A stretch of DNA of 64,000 nt. Origin: an uncultured virus (IMG/VR IMGVR_UViG_3300042549_004976) (Duplodnaviria > Heunggongvirae > Uroviricota > Caudoviricetes). The DNA lies in IMG/VR virus record IMGVR_UViG_3300042549_004976; one strand, given 5' to 3'. Shown here piece by piece: positions 59,896 to 64,000 of the stretch. Below the pieces are notes generated by a model. It was given only the letters and a program-made list of their open reading frames with translations. It made no database searches and had not been told where the DNA came from. Numbering within the stretch: the stretch's first letter is position 1; each line of letters starts with the position of its first letter. The translations under genes and the position numbers were made by a program.

Positions 59896-60584
59896 AAGTA
59901 ATATCGTTCAGCCTGTGGGGCGACAAGCCCACATACACCGTTGGTGCGGTCAAGAATGCCGATCTTGCGGCTACGCTGTTTCCTGATTGGACTTGTATGT
60001 TCTACTGCTTTAGTTCTGTTCCAAAAGAAATAATTGCAGAACTACAATCCCGTAAGAATGTGATTGTACGGATGATAGACGGTGATTATAATTCGGAAGA
60101 CAGCCGTGGTATGTTCCACCGATTCCTTCCCGCTGATGAAGAAGGCGTAGAGTACATGATGTCCCGTGACACAGATTCCCGTCTATCCGAGCGTGAGCGG
60201 CTTGCTGTTGAAGAGTGGTTGGCTAGTGGAGCCGATCTCCATGTTATGCGTGATCATCCGTATCACGGTGCGCCAATACTTGGTGGTATGTGGGGGGTTA
60301 AGGGCGGAAAACTCAAGGGTATTGCTCGTGACATGGAAGAGTTTCAGCCAAGCAGCGATAAGGGACAAGACCAGTCTTTCCTGTGGGAATGGGTGTGGAG
60401 CAAGGTTACTGATGATGAAATCACCTGCTGTGTACACGATCCATTTTTTCAGAAGGCTCCGTTCCCTACTGGTGCTACTCGTGGAGAAACCAATGGTGGA
60501 GTGTGGTTCGTAGGACAAGTCTTTGACGAGAACGACAAATACAATAGTGAACAGGACACAAATTTGGTTAGAGATATCCTATGA
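59892..60584 (+). CDS. Putative glycosyltransferase (GT-A-like)
   Basis: VISFSLWG...Y..GA..N, MFHRFLP, SRDTDSR (DxD), HVMRDHPYH, ILGGMWG, DQSFL. Confidence 0.6.
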   Translation: MKVISFSLWGDKPTYTVGAVKNADLAATLFPDWTCMFYCFSSVPKEIIAELQSRKNVIVRMIDGDYNSEDSRGMFHRFLPADEEGVEYMMSRDTDSRLSERERLAVEEWLASGADLHVMRDHPYHGAPILGGMWGVKGGKLKGIARDMEEFQPSSDKGQDQSFLWEWVWSKVTDDEITCCVHDPFFQKAPFPTGATRGETNGGVWFVGQVFDENDKYNSEQDTNLVRDIL

Positions 60585-60952
60585 AAATTGAAGTATCAAA
60601 TGGTGAAATAGCAGACAAGGTTTCTATTTTGATGATAAAGAAAGAACGCCTTATTGACGACAGCAAGATCATAAATGTATCAAAAGAACTAGAGGAGATT
60701 ACTCCTGATTTTTTGATAATAATGAATTTTGATCACCCTCTGTATCTTGAACTCAAACAAGTAAATTCTTCTCTTTGGGATATAGAAGATCAAATTCGTG
60801 ATAAAGAACGAGTAAAACTTTTTGACGATGAGTTTGTCTCTCTTGCTAGAGCAGTATACTTTATAAACGACAAAAGAGCAGAAATAAAGAAGACAATAAA
60901 CACTATTACGGGATCTTCTTTGACTGAAGAAAAGTCCTATGCCAAATATTGA
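60581..60952 (+). CDS. DUF6165-like protein
   Basis: EVS.GE..DK.SIL.IK...L..VN..LWDIED.IR...F..LARAVY..ND.RA.IK..IN...GS...EEKSY. Confidence 0.7.
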   Translation: MKIEVSNGEIADKVSILMIKKERLIDDSKIINVSKELEEITPDFLIIMNFDHPLYLELKQVNSSLWDIEDQIRDKERVKLFDDEFVSLARAVYFINDKRAEIKKTINTITGSSLTEEKSYAKY

Positions 60953-61634
60953 TGTGAATCCAAATACACTATATGTTCACCATCATCTTGGTCTAGGTGA
61001 CCATATCATTTGCAATGGTCTTGTCCGATTCCTGTTGAAACAAACCAATGCTAATGACCTTTGGTTGGTGGTGAAACGCAAAAACTTCAATAATGTCTCT
61101 AGAATGTTTTTGGACGATTCTCGCATCAAGTTTATACCCGTTGACGAGGATAAGAATTTCTACGAACTTCCATTAGAATGGTCTAATGTTCGTTTGGCTA
61201 GAATTGGATTTGAGCGATGCCGAGAGACAGATTTTGATGTTTCATTTTATGACTCCACAGGAATCCCTTTCACGGAAAGATGGAATTCTTGGTACTATCA
61301 GCGAGATTTAGAATGTGAACAAACGATGATGCAGGAATTGTTATTGCCTGAAAAGTTTGTGTTGGTTCACGATACTTCTAGTGTTGGTATTTTTGATCTA
61401 AAGATCAATACCAATTTACCTGTGATTCGTGTTTCGCGTTTGAACAGTGAGAAAACCATGTTTGATTGGATTGGTGTTATAGAACGAGCAACTGAAATAC
61501 ACTGCATAGATTCGTCTTTCATTCATCTAGTGAATTCTGTTGATTTGGTAACCGACTCTTTGTTCTATCACAAAATAAAGTCAAGCAAGATGCAGATTTG
61601 TTTTCGTAAAAATTGGTCTGTAATAGAATATTAG
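60939..61634 (+). CDS. GT-B / GT9 (heptosyltransferase)-like protein
   Basis: HHHLGLGDHII at the N-terminus; IERATEIHCIDSSFIHL at the C-terminus. Confidence 0.65.
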   Translation: MPNIDVNPNTLYVHHHLGLGDHIICNGLVRFLLKQTNANDLWLVVKRKNFNNVSRMFLDDSRIKFIPVDEDKNFYELPLEWSNVRLARIGFERCRETDFDVSFYDSTGIPFTERWNSWYYQRDLECEQTMMQELLLPEKFVLVHDTSSVGIFDLKINTNLPVIRVSRLNSEKTMFDWIGVIERATEIHCIDSSFIHLVNSVDLVTDSLFYHKIKSSKMQICFRKNWSVIEY

Positions 61635-61646
61635 GAATATGTTTTT

Positions 61647-62390
61647 ATGAATAGTAGAATCAATGTATTGATCCCTATGGCTGGTCGTGGAGAACGATTT
61701 TCTTCCGTGGGTTATGATCTTCCAAAACCATTAATAGAAATTAATGGACGACCCATGATAGAATGGGCATTGCGTAGTTTAGATGTGGATTTTTACCTAC
61801 ACAATTTTATTTTTGTTGTACGAGACTATCAGAATGATGAAATCAACAATCGGATTGCATCAGTTCTAACCTGTCTTGTGCCAAACAATAAAATTGTAAA
61901 AATTGATTATGTCACGGAAGGACCAGCGTGTACTTGCTTGCTTGTTCGTGATATGATTGACAACGATTCTCCTCTTATGGTTGGAAACTGCGATCAAATT
62001 ATGAGATGGAATGGATCATACTTTGTAAGCAGTTGTTTAAATTCTCCATATGATGGAGTAGTGGTTACCTATGATGAAAGCACTCCAAAAAATAGTTACG
62101 CCAAATTGAATTCTCGTGGAGATGTGATTCGAATCGAAGAAAAAAATGTCATAAGCAATGTGTCTTTGAATGGTATACATTTTTGGAAACACGGTTCGGA
62201 TTTTGTTAGTTCTGCGGATTCCATGATAGAAAGTAATGAGCGGTATAACAATGAATTTTATGTTGGACCAACATATAACCACATGATCAAGACGGGAAAG
62301 CGAGTTGGCATTTTTCACATACCACGCGAATGTCATAATCCAGTCGGTGTTCCGAGTGATCTTGGAGACTTCTTGGAAAAAAATAAATGA
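61647..62390 (+). CDS. Sugar-phosphate nucleotidyltransferase (BcbE-like / NTP_transferase family)
   Basis: VLIPMAGRGERF...GY.LPKPLI.I.G.PMI, TEGPACT, NCDQ, EK..IS...G...W, NEFYV.P.YN, G.P.DL. Confidence 0.85.
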   Translation: MNSRINVLIPMAGRGERFSSVGYDLPKPLIEINGRPMIEWALRSLDVDFYLHNFIFVVRDYQNDEINNRIASVLTCLVPNNKIVKIDYVTEGPACTCLLVRDMIDNDSPLMVGNCDQIMRWNGSYFVSSCLNSPYDGVVVTYDESTPKNSYAKLNSRGDVIRIEEKNVISNVSLNGIHFWKHGSDFVSSADSMIESNERYNNEFYVGPTYNHMIKTGKRVGIFHIPRECHNPVGVPSDLGDFLEKNK

Positions 62391-62716
62391 AGAAATATAA
62401 ACTTAAAGATATGCATAGAGGATGGTTAATTGGTGATTTTGAACCGTCTGTGCTAAGGACGCAAGATTTTGAGGTGGGTGTTCTCACTCACAAAAAAGGC
62501 GAACATTGGGATGAACACTATCACAAGATAGCAACCGAAATCAATGTGTTGGTTGAAGGAAGTATGACGATAAACGGCATACATATAGAGGTTGGAGACA
62601 TCTTTATCATTGAGCCAAACGAATCCTCTGCTCCAATTTTTCTAGAGGATTGTAGAGTGCTGTGCGTGAAAACCCCTTCTGTGATTGGAGATAAATATGC
62701 AACTATTCGTGAATGA
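62387..62716 (+). CDS. Cupin-fold protein
   Basis: GWLIGDFEP; HYHKIATE metal motif; GDIFIIEP.E second motif. Confidence 0.85.
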   Translation: MKKYKLKDMHRGWLIGDFEPSVLRTQDFEVGVLTHKKGEHWDEHYHKIATEINVLVEGSMTINGIHIEVGDIFIIEPNESSAPIFLEDCRVLCVKTPSVIGDKYATIRE

Positions 62717-63890
62717 GTCTGCACTTGACAGCGAAAAGTATTTCGTAGTCACCTACAAGTTGGAGTCCGACAAGAACCTACGCGATGCCGCTTGGAACAT
62801 TGCCATCGGTCAGAGTGTTGGTAATCCAAATGTGCGGAACCGTTGGGAGACAGAGGATTTGTTTAAGAATCACTCTTGTCTAATACTCGCTGACGAGATT
62901 GAACTACAGAACAAGACATCAGGAGAAGTCAAGATTGCGTTCCCCGTGATCAACACTGATTGGGAAACAGATGGAATCAGCCATCTGCTGTGTCAGATCA
63001 TGGGTGGTCATGTTGATATTGACTTGGTGAAGAAGTGCCGCGTAGTCAAGTTGGATCTTCCACAAAGTGTTACCAAGCACTTCGCAGGACCAAAGTTTGG
63101 CATCAGTGGTATGAGGAAGTTCACGGGTCAGTACGAAAAGCCACTGCTTGGCGCGATCATCAAGCCCAAGATCGGTATCACTCCAGAAACCCTGTTGGAC
63201 ATGGTTAAAGAACTCGTTGATGGCGGAGTTGACTTCATCAAGGAAGACGAGATCATGTCAAATCCGTCTTTCTGTCCACTAGACAAGCGTGTGCACATGA
63301 TTTCAAATTATCTGCGCTCACAATCTCGTAATGTAGTATTTTGTCATACCATCAACTGTGATCCGCACATTCTTGCGGGTCGTGTTTGCAGAATCCACTC
63401 CCTTGGCGGAAACGGTGTACACATCAATGTGTGGAGCGGATATGGTGCTTACAACAGCATTCGAAAACTAGATCTTCCAATCTACCTGCATTTCCAAAGC
63501 AGCGGTGCAAAGGTTGCGACAAGCGTAAACAATCAGTTCAGTATTAGTTGGTCTGTGATTTGTCAGTTGGCTACTCTCATGGGTGTAGACACCATTCAGA
63601 CAGGAATGGTGGGAGGTTACAGCAATGACGATCCTCAAGAAATACTTGAGTGCATCAAGGTGCTACGAGAAGGAAACACAGTTCCTGCACTCAGTTGTGG
63701 CTTGCATCCAGGATTGGTTGACAAGATTACATCTCTTGTCGGAAATGACTATCTTGGGAATGCGGGTGGAGCCATTCACGGTCATCCAAACGGAACATTG
63801 TCTGGTGCGAAAGCGATGCGACAATCCGTTGATAAGACATACGGAACAGAATATACACACGCAATTGAAAAGTGGGGAAAGATACTATGA
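62697..63890 (+). CDS. RuBisCO-like protein (form IV-type large-subunit homologue, probably non-carboxylating)
   Basis: GGAG RBS; GPKFGI.G.R, PLLGAIIKPKIG, GGVDFIKEDE, PALSCGLHPG, GGAIHGHP.G...GAKAMRQ, A..KWG. Confidence 0.92.
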   Translation: MQLFVNESALDSEKYFVVTYKLESDKNLRDAAWNIAIGQSVGNPNVRNRWETEDLFKNHSCLILADEIELQNKTSGEVKIAFPVINTDWETDGISHLLCQIMGGHVDIDLVKKCRVVKLDLPQSVTKHFAGPKFGISGMRKFTGQYEKPLLGAIIKPKIGITPETLLDMVKELVDGGVDFIKEDEIMSNPSFCPLDKRVHMISNYLRSQSRNVVFCHTINCDPHILAGRVCRIHSLGGNGVHINVWSGYGAYNSIRKLDLPIYLHFQSSGAKVATSVNNQFSISWSVICQLATLMGVDTIQTGMVGGYSNDDPQEILECIKVLREGNTVPALSCGLHPGLVDKITSLVGNDYLGNAGGAIHGHPNGTLSGAKAMRQSVDKTYGTEYTHAIEKWGKIL

Positions 63891-64000
63891 AGTGGAAAGA
63901 AGATTTGACTCACGACATTAGATTTGGTTCGGTTGTAGACGATATTGACCACCCAATTCCTGAATTGGGATTGAAACCAGCAAGCCCTCCTGCTGAATTC
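63887..64000 (+). CDS. Partial CDS continuing the operon (MKWKEDLTHDIRFGSVVDDIDHP...)
   Basis: ATGA overlap with the RuBisCO-like gene's stop; open to the window end; too short to assign. Confidence 0.6.
   Translation, partial: MKWKEDLTHDIRFGSVVDDIDHPIPELGLKPASPPAEF

Noticed and set aside
62697..63890. True CO2-fixing RuBisCO (rbcL) auxiliary metabolic gene
   Set aside because: Equivalents of N123, H294, R295, H327 and K334 appear substituted, and there is no small subunit or phosphoribulokinase in the window.

Overview
The window is a co-linear, entirely plus-strand segment of a large T4-like myovirus genome, with gene order like that of aquatic T4-like phages. From left to right: accessory tail/virion genes; a PAAR spike-tip domain fused to a ~1,100-aa extension; a TM+GAF-like protein; baseplate genes (gp25, gp6, gp7, gp8, DUF4815-type); several tail-fibre/spike genes; neck, terminase, tail and head genes (gp13-gp23, gp3); and a recombination/replication block (uvsY, a dCMP-deaminase-like gene, uvsW, gp55, gp47, gp46, rnh, gp45, gp44, gp62, regA). 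Directly after regA is a tightly coupled operon: four glycosyltransferase-like genes, a DUF6165-like gene, a sugar nucleotidyltransferase, a cupin and a non-carboxylating RuBisCO-like protein. This operon is the best candidate for an undescribed system, a phage pathway that makes and transfers an unusual activated sugar. Three observations bear on it: very frequent G-x-[S/T/C] motifs in the virion proteins (possible acceptor sites), a late-type promoter upstream of the operon, and near-absence of AGCT/GGCC/CCGG/ACGT throughout, including in the RuBisCO-like gene. All assignments come from motif recognition and synteny by eye; no searches or counts were run.
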